The translations under genes and the position numbers were made by a program. This document shows, piece by piece, positions 1-13,484 of a stretch of 64,000 nucleotides of DNA (position 1 is the stretch's first letter; the number at the start of each line of letters is the position of its first letter). This DNA comes from the human T2T-CHM13v2.0 reference genome, Homo sapiens. The stretch lies in NCBI RefSeq assembly GCF_009914755.1, contig NC_060927.1. The stretch is one strand, 5' to 3'. A model generated the notes under the pieces. The model did no database searches, was not told where the DNA came from, and saw only the letters and a program-made list of their open reading frames with translations.

Positions 1-85
1 AAACTAAGCCCACTTATGGAATTTCTGCAGCTGAAGAAAACCTTATGAATATCATCAAAGAAAACATTATTGTACCCAAATGTAA

Positions 86-229
<144 letters not shown>

Positions 230-3199
230 TAAAATTTATTGTCAGGCAAGGACATAGGCTTAGCAAGTCAGGACTTTCTTGTTAGTCATTGCACCGTGAC
301 TTTAATCTCCAGGGACACTGGCTCCTTCAATTATCAAAAGGAGGAGCCTAGGAAGGATAATCCCTTCTGGTTCTAAGAATCCAAGTCCAAATGGACATTT
401 GCTTAGCAAGTATTAGACAATCGTCCTAAGAGCATTGGAGGCAGGGCTTATTCAACACCCCAGGCAAAATCCTGGTGGCTCCCCAGTTCCACTCCTCCTG
501 GCCCCTGCTCTATAAAAGGAATTTACCTGCCCACAGGGTGAACTTTCTACTAACTATAATATTTAGGGCCCCTGTAGCCATACTTGCTACTGGAGTACTT
601 TATCATATTCAACAAAATAAAACCCTTACTGTACAGTAAAATGTGTATGGTGTATTGCATGCTAAAGGTTCTCTCCCATGAATGAATCAACACTCCACAG
701 GGGAAGAAAGGGCTTAACACTTGGCATTTCTTGGTGTTAGGTCCCATTTTGCTCAAGACTGAGGCCATATTTATTTGCTAGGCTTTTTTCACCATGACAT
801 CTTCATCACCAAATCTTAACCATAGGAAAAAGAGTAGTTTTGTCAAACTTGGCATATATTTTGGACATAGGCTTTAGGGAACTTGCATCTCTCATTTTAA
901 TAACTCTAGACAGAAAAACATAATAAAGAAGCAAACAGAAAACAGTTTATGTTGAAAAAATTCTGACTGGAGTATCAGATTCATAGAAAAAGAGAAGATG
1001 ATTCAGCAAAATATAAAATAAGTACCTCATTTAGAGAACAATTTACATGTTTTCATATTATTAAATATTAATTTCAAATATTTGCTTTCACTCCTAAACT
1101 ATGCATAATTTTTAGAAGTTTTTTTATGGAAAAGAATACTGCAATTATAACTGATGTTGATATTGTAGCCTAGTTCCATCACTTAATGATTACAGTGAGG
1201 TATCCAGCCACAGGAAGCCATATATCTGAAAACCTCTCTCTATAGAAATTCACCAATGTATGACTCCAAAACCAAGTCCTGAATTACATTTTGTCATTCT
1301 ACTTAATGTTATAATTGTATGCAATTCATTTTCCATGATAACATTAAGTAAATTCACAATTCTATTTATAAGTTATAGTGAGGTAGAGTTTATTGGCTGA
1401 ATGTTGATGTCATTTAACAATTAGTTCTCACTGACTGTATCAATAAATATTTGTAACGACAGCCTCTTCTTCAGCTCATAGTAAATGCCTTAAGTATTTG
1501 TCTGAATATACTTCCAAGATCAATGGGACATTTAGTAACATAAAGACACATGCGATTCCAGTACTGGGTGTTTACATCATATTTTAACTGAGTTTTTAAA
1601 AAGTTTATTTCTAGATCATTTCAAATTTTCATATGTTAGCAACCATGTAACATGTTATCTGGAGTTGTCTGCGAAACAAAGTCCCTGAAGTAAGAGTCAC
1701 CCTTTTATTCTATCATCCTATTCATTTGTGATTAATTTAAATTATTTTTATTTGATGGTTATAAATTCATATCCTCTCTATTCCAAGGGTGAGAGAGGGA
1801 AGACAGGAGATTAGCTGTAGGTATAACTGAAATGACAAATAAGAGTTTTCTCTGAATTGCAAGAAATGGACACTTAACAATACAGAGAATATGTAACCTG
1901 TGGCTATAGCTTATTTTAGAATATATAGAAAGCTATTAATTATAAACAATTCATTTGCTTCATTCCTAAAATTTCTAGCAAATATCAAAGTAAAAGTGTT
2001 GGAACGTAACTTAGCAAATCTGAAATGCATGGAGTTTCTATGAAACAGAAGCACAAAGCTGACAAGATTCCCTTCAAAGGTACCCAATAATCTTCATAAG
2101 CCTCACATTAGAAACACATTTTGAGAATATCTGCTACTCAGAATATAGCAGAAATACACTTTGAGATCTCTCCACTGCAGAAATGTTTACAGCAGCATCC
2201 TACAGTTCAAGTTCAAATGGCTAAGACTAATATTCAGAATTAAAACTCAAATTAAAAGAAAACATTAAAAATCTGGTAAAAATCTAGTTGGACCAACATT
2301 TTAATTATACTGTATCATGGAATGGCCTTAAAACGGGTTTGGGTACTGAGGGGATGACTATAACACATTTACATGGTGACCACAAAAGCAGCCCTTTAAG
2401 AGTAGATTCACAGCATCCTTTTTATTTTTTATTTGAAATCAGCTGAGTTTCATCAAAAATGATGTTTGATTTTCTGTCTATAAGCAGGTAGGCAGTCTCT
2501 ATCTAGAGTTTTAGCTGCCCTCCACCAAATTTATTCTAAAAAAAGAAATCAAGGAAAATCATTAAAAAAATCTTTATTTTAAAAATCCCTGATGGTATAA
2601 CAGGCATCTCAGAGGGAAAAAAGAAAATTCCACTTAAAAAAACAGAAAAGAAGTAAACCAAAGCCACAAAACTGGTCACAAAATCCTAATGAATTAACTA
2701 TTCAACCTTTAGTTAAGAGTAATTATTTTCATAATTATTTGTACTAAAATACTTTTAATTTTTTGGTAATGAGTAAAGTATCCAAGAATTGTACTGTTAT
2801 TTTACTCAGATAGCACGGTGAAGTTTTACACATTAACACTGACACTGCCATTCCCTCTCACCGAAGCTTCGTGGGAGTAGTACCACCTCGACTCTTTCTT
2901 AAATAAGGGCATTCAGGAGAATTTAGCCATCATGCTAATAGCACTCAGAAGACAAATCTAAAAATTAGCCAGCGGAGTCTTCCACTGAACTGTTTTTCCT
3001 GTAAACAGTCCTTTGCCTCTTTTCCCCAAGGGAGAAAAAGCCTATAGGCTCTGTTCACAAGGAATCAGGCATATTTTAAAAGGTCACCAGTGGTCAAGTC
3101 ACTTTGCATTTTTGGCAGATTCTTGCTTCAGATACCAGTTGCTTTAAACCAGGGAGCTCCATCAAACCTCAAATCAGGGTTGCCCATGATGTCTTATTA

Positions 3200-3427
<228 letters not shown>

Positions 3428-4117
3428 TCATTTTGCGCATCAAACAGATGCATCTGGAGATTGCTCTCGGTCTCCTGATTGTTCCGATTAGTTAATTACT
3501 TTATACAACACATCTGCTGTATCGATGCATGAATTATACATCAGCTGCCTGTGGTGGCTATTTTTTCATGTTACTTCTACCTTCCTGCTCTGATGCGCTT
3601 GGGAAGACAATTTAAGGTGTACTGCTTTCTCCTGAGCCATCATGAAAAGCTTTAATGTATTAACCGATTTCCTTTCATTACTCTGTTCATATGAATTAAA
3701 ATCATAAAAAAATAAATAAATAAATAAGACTGTGGTAATAGTGAATAAGACAGTCTTTCACAAAATGTACACAGATGGCACTGTTCATGATATGCAAAAA
3801 TATTTTTTTCTTAAGTAAACTTTATGTAAAATGCCTTCTTGTGATGCATTATTTAATTGACTAAACGTAAAAAGTCTTGTCTTTTGATAACCTGCACAAA
3901 CCTACACATTTTTTGTGTGTGTGTGGGGGGGGATTGCTTTTAAATTATACATTGAAGTTAGGAAAAAAGGCAGAAGGATAGGGTAACAAAATCGATCTGT
4001 ATTAACCTTTCTGAAACACAGACTAAAAAAAAATTGAAGGTCGACCAGAGAGAAATGCTTCATTTCAAAAGACCAGGTAAGAAGAATGTTTCACCCTAGA
4101 TTTGCTGTCTTGACTCA

Positions 4118-4381
<264 letters not shown>

Positions 4382-5008
4382 CTAAAAGGCAGGTCAATGA
4401 AAATATTCACAGCTTAGCTTTCCAAATTGTAAAATTATGTAAATGACTGTAGGGTTGTTTATTATTTTGGAAATAAAACCCCATCAATAAAACCTATGCA
4501 TAAGGCCACATTTTCCTAACTTACAGGAAGTTCTAATAAGACATAGCCGAACCAGTTCTAAACGGCTTTATGATTTAGATAAGATTCTCTATTGCAGTGG
4601 GAATCAGCATTGAAAAATACTTTGCAGCCCATAAAACCATCAGAAACAGAATAAAAGAAACAGAACTAGATATTCAGTCATAAATGCAAATTGACTCTCA
4701 ACAGTCCATCTGCTCAAATACGCTCCTCACTTCCTTGTGGGTCCTCAGTGGAGCAGATTATTAAGGTCAATAAGCATACTAATGATTCAGCTGAAGTAAT
4801 TTAAAAAAAAAATCTACCTCGACATTCCACATGAGCAAAATGTGTGTTAACTAAACCAAACTGAATTAAGCCAATTTTTTAAAGCCACAGCCTATAAGGA
4901 ACCAATGTAATACACAGGCTACAGTTCTTTGAATAAAAATATTCAGTGCTTTCTCTGCAAGGTAAACAAAGAATGCTAAGCAATTTTTCCAACCCCACGT
5001 ACACATTA

Positions 5009-5233
<225 letters not shown>

Positions 5234-5675
5234 TCAGAAATACAGCTTGGGGGTGGCGGGAGGAAATATTAGCCATGAAAATAAATAATCACAAGAGATT
5301 CACTGTGCTTCCAAGGCAGACTGGGTACAGTACAGGCAAATGCACACAAATATATACATTCTCATATTATTTAAAGTCGTAACAGAAATATTTAAGTAGA
5401 ATATGAACTTGGTCCTAAGGTAAGCTGTGCTCTAAATTAACAGTGCATTTTCCAAAAGCAATGAATGCAGAATTACCTTTCTGATCAAATAATAATGGTG
5501 ACGAAAGAGAAATAAATGTATCTTCTCTAATTTGCTATGAGTAGTATACAGTATGCAAACATAACTCACCATTTATCTTCAGAAGAACCCACCTTTCTAC
5601 TGCTTACATGATTTTGTTAATAATAAACTTTTCCTGGGTTTGTGTCCAAACAAATTATCTTCGACCACGAAATTT

Positions 5676-5767
5676 TCATTTTCTTCCTTTTTTAGATATT
5701 AACTCTAACTGGTTCCACAAATCATTTTCTTCCTTTTTTAGATATTAGCTCTAACTGGTTCCACAAA
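5676..5767. repeat. Tandem duplication, 2 x 46 bp
   Basis: tcattttcttccttttttagatatta(a/g)ctctaactggttccacaaa at 5676-5721 and 5722-5767, one mismatch. Confidence 0.95.
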
Positions 5768-6985
5768 AAGTACTTAACCAAACTGGTGCTCATAATACAC
5801 AATTTCAATATCTGCATAATGTAGAAAAATAACATTTGCTTTTATGAATACTCATTTAACCTACCTAACTAAAAAGAGAGCACGGTACCCATAAGTCTTT
5901 AAAATCAACAATCTTTGTTACAGTAAATAAGGTAAAAATGAGAGATAGAAAAGGAAACTGACATACTAGGATAAAGGAATCTGCATAGATTTGGTGTGCT
6001 CTCTCTTTATATATTTTAATCCAATACAGTAACTCAGTAGCTAGATGATTAATAAGCACCGGCCACACTACTATTAGAAAGAGGCTTCTTCTAGAAATTG
6101 ATATTACGGAATGCTGTGGTACTCAAGGTGTTTATGCAGCGCACTGTCAGACTTCCAATGATAACGGAAAAGGGTTAAAAGCAGATGCATCTGAATTGTA
6201 CTGTGGCAAACTGCCAGAAGGGTATCATCTTTAGCATAAATGATGACAAGGGTTACTTTAACAGGGCACCCAGGATCCACAATTAGTCCTACAATACTAA
6301 TGCCTCTATAAGCTCTGTCCTCTGGACTCACAGAATCCTACCAACTTCTGAAGATGACTTAGTGCACACCAACCGTAGCTAAAAATCAGGATTTCCTACT
6401 GACACCAGAGAGGCCCTTCAAAGATTCTCTATTTGCTTGTTTCTGCTGAACAAAAGCCGGCAATAAAACAGCTACATCTTTCTACATGTGAGTCTTCACC
6501 AAAGCTTTAGTGAACTGTTCACAAGAGATTCTAGGTCTGACAAAAACCTTTAGGTTTACTTAGAAAAACTCACAAACTCATTCGGAGGTACCAATAGGCT
6601 AGGCATGAAAAACAAGCCGCAGAGCTTGCCAATATTTTTGTCATTCATTCAGCTGTTTTATACCAGAGAAAGAACCCGTCGGGGATCAGAAGACAACTTG
6701 GGGAGACCACAGCAAAAATAGCAATATGCAAACTGGCGATTCCTTCCTTGGCTTGAAGGTATTCTGGCAAAATCGCCTAAACAAATAAAACCATTCAATC
6801 CCTTTTTCTTAGTAGTGTTTTCTCATCTCAGCCATAATTTTCATTTAGCACCTATCAGACAGAAACCATGCACATGAAAAATAAGATGAAAATGTTAATA
6901 AAAACCCACAAAAAGACTTTAGTAATTTTGTTATTTGGAGTATCTGAGACCCTCCTACAATTAAACTGCATTTTTAGAATACATC

Positions 6986-7012
6986 CAAAACAAAACAAAA
7001 CAAAACCAAAAA
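6986..7012 (+). repeat. (CAAAA)n microsatellite
   Basis: caaaacaaaacaaaacaaaaccaaaaa. Confidence 0.85.
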
Positions 7013-8846
7013 GCATTTGAGCAGGAAGTGAATTTACTGTACTTTTAGTTTTCCTCCTCCTGTCCTGATATCTTCAAAGAGTTGGGTAAGTACAACAAAA
7101 ATGTACACATTCATTTTTCCTTTTGTAGGATGAATCAGATGTATTCTACAATATGCTTTTCCTTAGATCTATGAAATAACTGCAGGGTTTTCAAACTATT
7201 GAAATATATTGGATTTATTGTGGATTTTATTGATCATGTTTAGAGGTACCCTAAAATAATAAAGACGGCTATAAAGTGACAATAGTACTATCTAATTACA
7301 GACCTTCTAGCAAACTGTTGCGGTTACCCTCCCGTTTCTGGGAGTAATGCTGAACACAAGCCTTTTCTGAACTGTATGATTATTCGTGCTAGTGTTTGGC
7401 GAAGAGTTCCAACTACAGCAACTTCATAACCTTCCAGCATTTAAAGGGGAGAGCACTGGTCACTGCTGAATGCTAAAAATACCACATGATTTAAACCTGA
7501 AGGCAGTCTTAGAAGCTTTTGCTGAAGGTTTATGAGCCTGTGTAAACAGCACGTCTGCCATAAGGAGCAGTGAAGTCTGTAGAATCCTTGTCTAAAACTG
7601 TCCTGGCATTAAAGTTTGCTGTGCAAATATCACATAATACCAGAGACAGCTGAAATCTCCTATTTAGGAATTTATGGAACTTACATGTTTGCAGGCGTCA
7701 GAAAGTCTTTTTTATACAGCCCCAGTGCTTCACAGTACAATATTAATGCACTCTGTTTGAAAAGCCGTAATAAATTATATTTTTAATGCTCTTACCCTGG
7801 CTTTCTTAAGATGCATACATTCTTGGCAAACAATCAATAAATAGGGTAATCATGAGTAGAGGCCAAAGAATTTGCTGAAGTGCTGTTTTCCCATTTTTAA
7901 TAGATAAAGATCTAACAATACGGACTGCTGTGTCTGTTCATTTCAGGATCAATATATTCTTTGTTTTCGCCAAACCAAGGAAAAAATAAATGATTGTATG
8001 ATAAATGTTACGCATCAAACACAATGAAATTCCTCTGCCTTCTAACTTTATCTACTTAATATTCTTGGTTGCTAAAATATAGCATTTTTATCCATTGCTT
8101 AGCAAATGTAAGGAAAATCTGATTCCTATACATGTTATTCAGACACAAAATGAAGCTCCTTATGAGGCACATGCATTACACCCAGGGTAGGCACTGCTTT
8201 ACAGGAACAACACTGTTAAACACAGTCCAAGTTGTTAAACTGCATCAATTTAATATTGGTAGAAAAAAGTCACACAGTTACACATCTTCCCCTTATAAAC
8301 TTGCCTAAATCTGTTCTTTCTTCATCAAAAATACCCAATTAAAACAAAAATAAAAAACTAGAATCATCAGATTTTTTACTGCTAATGAATTTGCTCTTAA
8401 GAAAATAAGCCACAAAAAATAACATTACCAAACTTCTACATAAGATGTCCAAGATCTCTGAAACTGCCCTACAACTAAGAATCTTAGGAAGAAGCTAGGG
8501 TAACTCTCAAATCACCTAAGTGTTTTATTCTTAATCAGGTTAGTTTGAAGAAACAGCTGCCTACAATCCTCGACTACAACACCTTTTGAATGGACCCTGC
8601 CAAAACTAAAACCATTATATTTAATTCAGTCCTTATTACCCAAAATGTTCCATGATTCCAGTCTACAGTAGAACGCTCCACCCAAGCATGGAGGCTATAC
8701 TTTCCAACGTGATTGATACTAAGGACCCAGAATGTAACTAATGTACGATCATAAGGAGAATAAAGGCAGAGTATACAAAACATGTTCTGCCACTCCACCC
8801 CCACACAGTGTGGCCTTGTGTAGACAACAGGGCTTTCAGCTTTTCA

Positions 8847-9086
<240 letters not shown>

Positions 9087-11739
9087 TCACTGTCTAAAGA
9101 TCACCTGCCAGAATTTAAAAAGAAGACACGTTATAGTTGGGCGGGGACCTACGTGTATATATGTGTCCTATGTAAATGTTTTAGCTCTAGATATCTCTCC
9201 ACAAATATAATGTATTTGTAAAATGGCCTATCTAGATATGATACAGATGTTACTATATTTCTAGATGATAGCATTACATTCTTATTCAAATTAACAAAAT
9301 GATCTGTGGAAACTGTACCAATACACATGAATAAAAAGATAACTGGCCTATAAAAAAACTAAGTGGGGAAAAATGGGCTTACTTTTAGAACAAGAATTAT
9401 TACAAGTATAGCTAAAAAGAAAACAGCAAATTGCATTTACGTAGTCCCAATTTTTAACAATTAGAAACACATTACAAAATACAGCAGAAACACTTTAATA
9501 AAGGATGGAAAGATGATCATAGTTCAAAATATTAGAAATCTAATGTATATGTTTTATATGTATACATTTTATATGTGTATGTATATTAATTCTTATGAAA
9601 AAAACATAAACCATCTCAAAAGAAGGTAACAAACATCTAACTGCTTTTTAAACTCCCCATTGGCTTTTGTAAATTAATGCATAGAAAAAGTTTTCTACTA
9701 TCAAAGTTCCAAGAGTTATGTGACAGACCTAGTCAAGTTTTGGGCCAAAGATGTGATTGGATCAGTTTACCCCTAAAGAAACAGGAAGAAGTGAAGGGTT
9801 TTCAAATATCCAACGTACTGATGCATTAAAACTCATGTGTTTTAGAGTCAGTATTTAGGTGTCCATTAGTAATAGAGGGCTGTTAACAATAAATATTTTT
9901 AAAAAATTGAATACACTTCGTGATATGCACATTAGGTTGAAGTGCCAAGCTCAATTAAAAAAAAAAAAAACACAAACAAAAAACCTTGATGATACTGGTA
10001 AAACAAAATATCCAGTATTCAGAAATAACCTCAGCATGCAATGGCATTAACATTGTAATTAACTTCAAAAAAATTAACAGATAATTATTTTCAGTTATAT
10101 ATTAGACATCAATTTTCCCATCATTTATAGTAAAGTGATTAGACAATATCAAAGTCATTTTTAAAGTATAGTTTTAATTAGAATTGATAAGAACAGGTAA
10201 GTAGAATTATTTTATGAACTTTGATGGTATTTGAAGTATTGAGCTTATGAAACTAAGGGGATCATATTTAGGAAAACCAGAGAGAATAATTACCATTTTT
10301 CCTAGCTGTCTAGTAATTTGATATAGCTTGTTTTTGTTGTAAATTCTTACACTGGAGCTATTTAAATCTGGATTTGTTGAAAGCCAGTTTGTATTAGCAT
10401 GGCTTTTCTGTAAATATTTTTTCTTCTGTTTAACCATAGCCTACTTCTTACCATATAATCAAGAAAAGGGGGGCAGCAATGTTAATCTGGAAGTTTAAAA
10501 GCAACCTTAAGAATGCCAATTGAAGAACTATAAAGTTTGAGAAAAATTAATGGCTATTTATCTTTGTACTCCAGAGTGGCACACTGAGAACTAAAGGTTT
10601 ACCGTTGATAGAGGTCCCATCTGTTTTTGGTTATGAGGTTCATTAACAATAAATGTGCCTTTTTAAACCACTTTTTAGCAAGATTACTCTTTTCCATTAT
10701 ATTAAACTGCAGTCTAAAGCCAAAATTAGAAAGAGATGATTATTAACTTATTCAAAACACTCTTTATAACGTTTCATGTGGATAACACAGAGCTTTTTCT
10801 GAAATTGGTTGCCTCATCCTAGAGCAGAAGATGAATTTTAAAACATATGATTTGAAAAGAAAAATCTTTAGCCCTTGGGGCAATTTAAGAGGAAAAAAAG
10901 GGAGGGGGTGTAGACAACAGCATCAAAGTTAATGCTATAAAACATATTAAGTAATCATGAGGCTTAACAACACTAGAAACTGTACAGCAAATGAAAGTGA
11001 TACATTATAATTTAATGTATTGACAATCTAAAGTATCACATAGGTCATGAAAAACTGTCCTTTGAATACCCACCTATAAGCATCTATTAAACACTAAGTC
11101 GTGGTGTAAAAAGCTTTACATTACAAACCAAAATTAAATGCGCATAAAACACCCAATTTACTCATTTTAACTCTATGCCCGGGCTAAAGTTCACCAAACC
11201 TCAGTTTGGGATTGAAAAGAGCAACCTCCAACAGGCCTGCTTGGATGACAGCAGCAGGAACTAACTATGGTCTCAACAGATGCCAGGCTGAAGAGTTTCT
11301 TTTGAGTTACACGTTACAACCCATTTTAGTGCAATGTCTGGTTGCCACACAGAAAGCAAGCTACTTTCTGAAAATCCCATTTATCTGCCCATAAACTAAG
11401 ACCATATATGATAATTACTGAATAAAACAGTGAACTCAGTAACAACAATTATTTCCTTTAAAAGGAAAGAAAATCTCGAAATTCTAGTTTTTTAGGAACC
11501 GATTTTTTGCAAAGCGAGATCCTTTTCAATGAGTTTCTAGCTGGATCGCCTCCTTCGCCCCCACACAACCCCATAATCACATTTTAAGATTGTGCCCTTA
11601 TCCATTCCATATGGCCGGCACGATCCAGGCCAAGCTTTCACTGTGACCTTTTAAAGAGACAAAGAAGCAAAGTACTATCTAGAAACAGAAACACTGCAGT
11701 TTTACTGAGTGAAATTAGCAAAACCGACCTGAAACTCAC

Positions 11740-13450
11740 CACTTCAAAACTTGACAGCACATAAATAACAAAAACAAAGGAGATTTCCTTTGCAGCCCGG
11801 GTTCTTGAAGAGAAGTTCAAGACTGATGTTTTCTATGTCCTTTTTTTTTTTAATTAAAAAAAAAAAATAAAAAAGCAGCAGACCTGAAGGCGACTTCCCC
11901 TGAAATTGTATTATTTTCCTTTCCCCTACCCCCGCCCCCCTAAGCGGGGGAAGGGCAGAAATAAACGTCTAGAAGAGTAGCCATGAGAAAGGGGTTTAAA
12001 AAAAAAATCACAATTCGAAAACCAACATATAGGGGTTTGTAAAATGTCTAACCTCAGAGAACGGGGTTTGCGATGGGGAGGAGGGGAGAGTGGGAAGCAG
12101 GGAGGAGGAAGAAGATAAAATTGATCTGACAAGTGATTCGTTGGGGGGAAATCGTAAAAACAAAGCAAAACCCGTTATGAGCTGTACACTGTGATGGTGC
12201 TGGGGAAACGACGTGGTGACTGAGGATTCTCTTAAAAAAAAAAAAATCACTGCGGACAAGGTCTCCAAAAAGGAAAAAAGGTCTCTTCGCGTCTCTCCCT
12301 CCCTCCTGCTCACTCGGGTTCTTCGGTGTGAGGACAGAAAGTCTACTTCTGGCTGTCACTTGCAATATTATTCTTCAATAACCCCGAATAACGCGCATTG
12401 GGAAGGCCACCTCGCCTCCCTTCCAATCACCCCCACCCCCCTCGCCAACAATCGCGACTAATATTAACAAACCTTAAACTTTTCCCCACAGCCTCGCACC
12501 CCCAACGAGGGCATCTAGCGGGGGACAGCGAGGGTGGGGGGCAGGGGGTCGCGAGAAAAGCCCCGGAAAGGCACTAAAATGCCACTTTTGATTCTGCCCT
12601 CGCTGACAACAGCCGCAAGGACCCTCTCCCTGCCCATTGACGCGGGGCTGTGAGCGTCTGGGGTCCCAGCAAGTGAGGGGAGAAGAGGTTCGGGGGGAGG
12701 GGGAGGAGGAGGAAGATCAGAAGGCACCCCCAGCCACCTCCACCGCCTAGGCAGCGACAAACTCCCCGCCCCCTCCCCCCAAAAAGTCGCCAAGCTCTCA
12801 CTCGTCCAGAGTCCGAGGTAAACAACGAGCACCACAATGGCACTAGGACTTTGGGGGAAAAGAAACCCAGAAACCCCGACAAAACTGATCAGGAGTTTCC
12901 CGAAATGAAAGAGGGGGGCGGGCAGCGTCCTCTAGAGTCGCCCTGGCTTTCGGCTGGGCCCCCGGGCAGGATAGAGGGCGGCCGCGGCTGTTGTTGTTGT
13001 GACGAGGCCGGGTGTTGCTGGGTGGCACAGGGAGAGGTGTGTGTGTGTTTGTGTGTGTGCGTGAGTGTGAGCGCGAGTCCCCGGACGGGGCTGCTTCTCT
13101 CGCTCTCTCCCTCGCTAGCTCTACCCCTCGCTGCCGTCTCTGCCCCCATTAAATTATTAGTTGACTCATCCCGGCCGCTGTCGCTGCCGCCGCCGTGCCC
13201 CGCTCGGCTCCGCGCGTCCGCCCGGGCTGCAGCCCTCTCCGCCGCTGCTCCTGCTGCTGCTGCCGCCGCCGCCGCCGCTGCCGCTGTGGGTGCCTCTTCT
13301 TCCTCCTCCTCATTTTAATACAAAATCACCCCGCTCGCAGCCCCAGCCCCGAGCACGCAGCCTCCTCCCGGCCGCCCGCCGCCGCCCGGAGCCTTCCCCA
13401 GCGGGGCCGGCTCATCCGCCGCGTCCGGGGAACGGGAGCGAGCGAGAAAG
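11740..13450 (-). other. SATB1: SATB1 proximal non-coding first exon (long 5' UTR); 5' end approximate
   Basis: Consensus donor GAAGTG|gtgagt at 11740/11739, 2.6 kb from the exon-2 acceptor and running into the CpG island. The TSS is inferred and cannot be read from sequence; shorter starts are possible. Confidence 0.75.
13251..13285. repeat. Compound (CTG)4/(GCC)5 trinucleotide tract in the proximal first exon
   Basis: ctgctgctgctgccgccgccgccgccgctgccgct. Confidence 0.9.
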
Positions 13451-13451
13451 T

Positions 13452-13484
13452 GGCGGCGGCGGCGGCGGCGGCGGAGGAGGAGGA
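13452..13484 (+). repeat. (GGC)7(GGA)4 tract near the inferred proximal TSS
   Basis: Read directly from the sequence. Confidence 0.9.
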
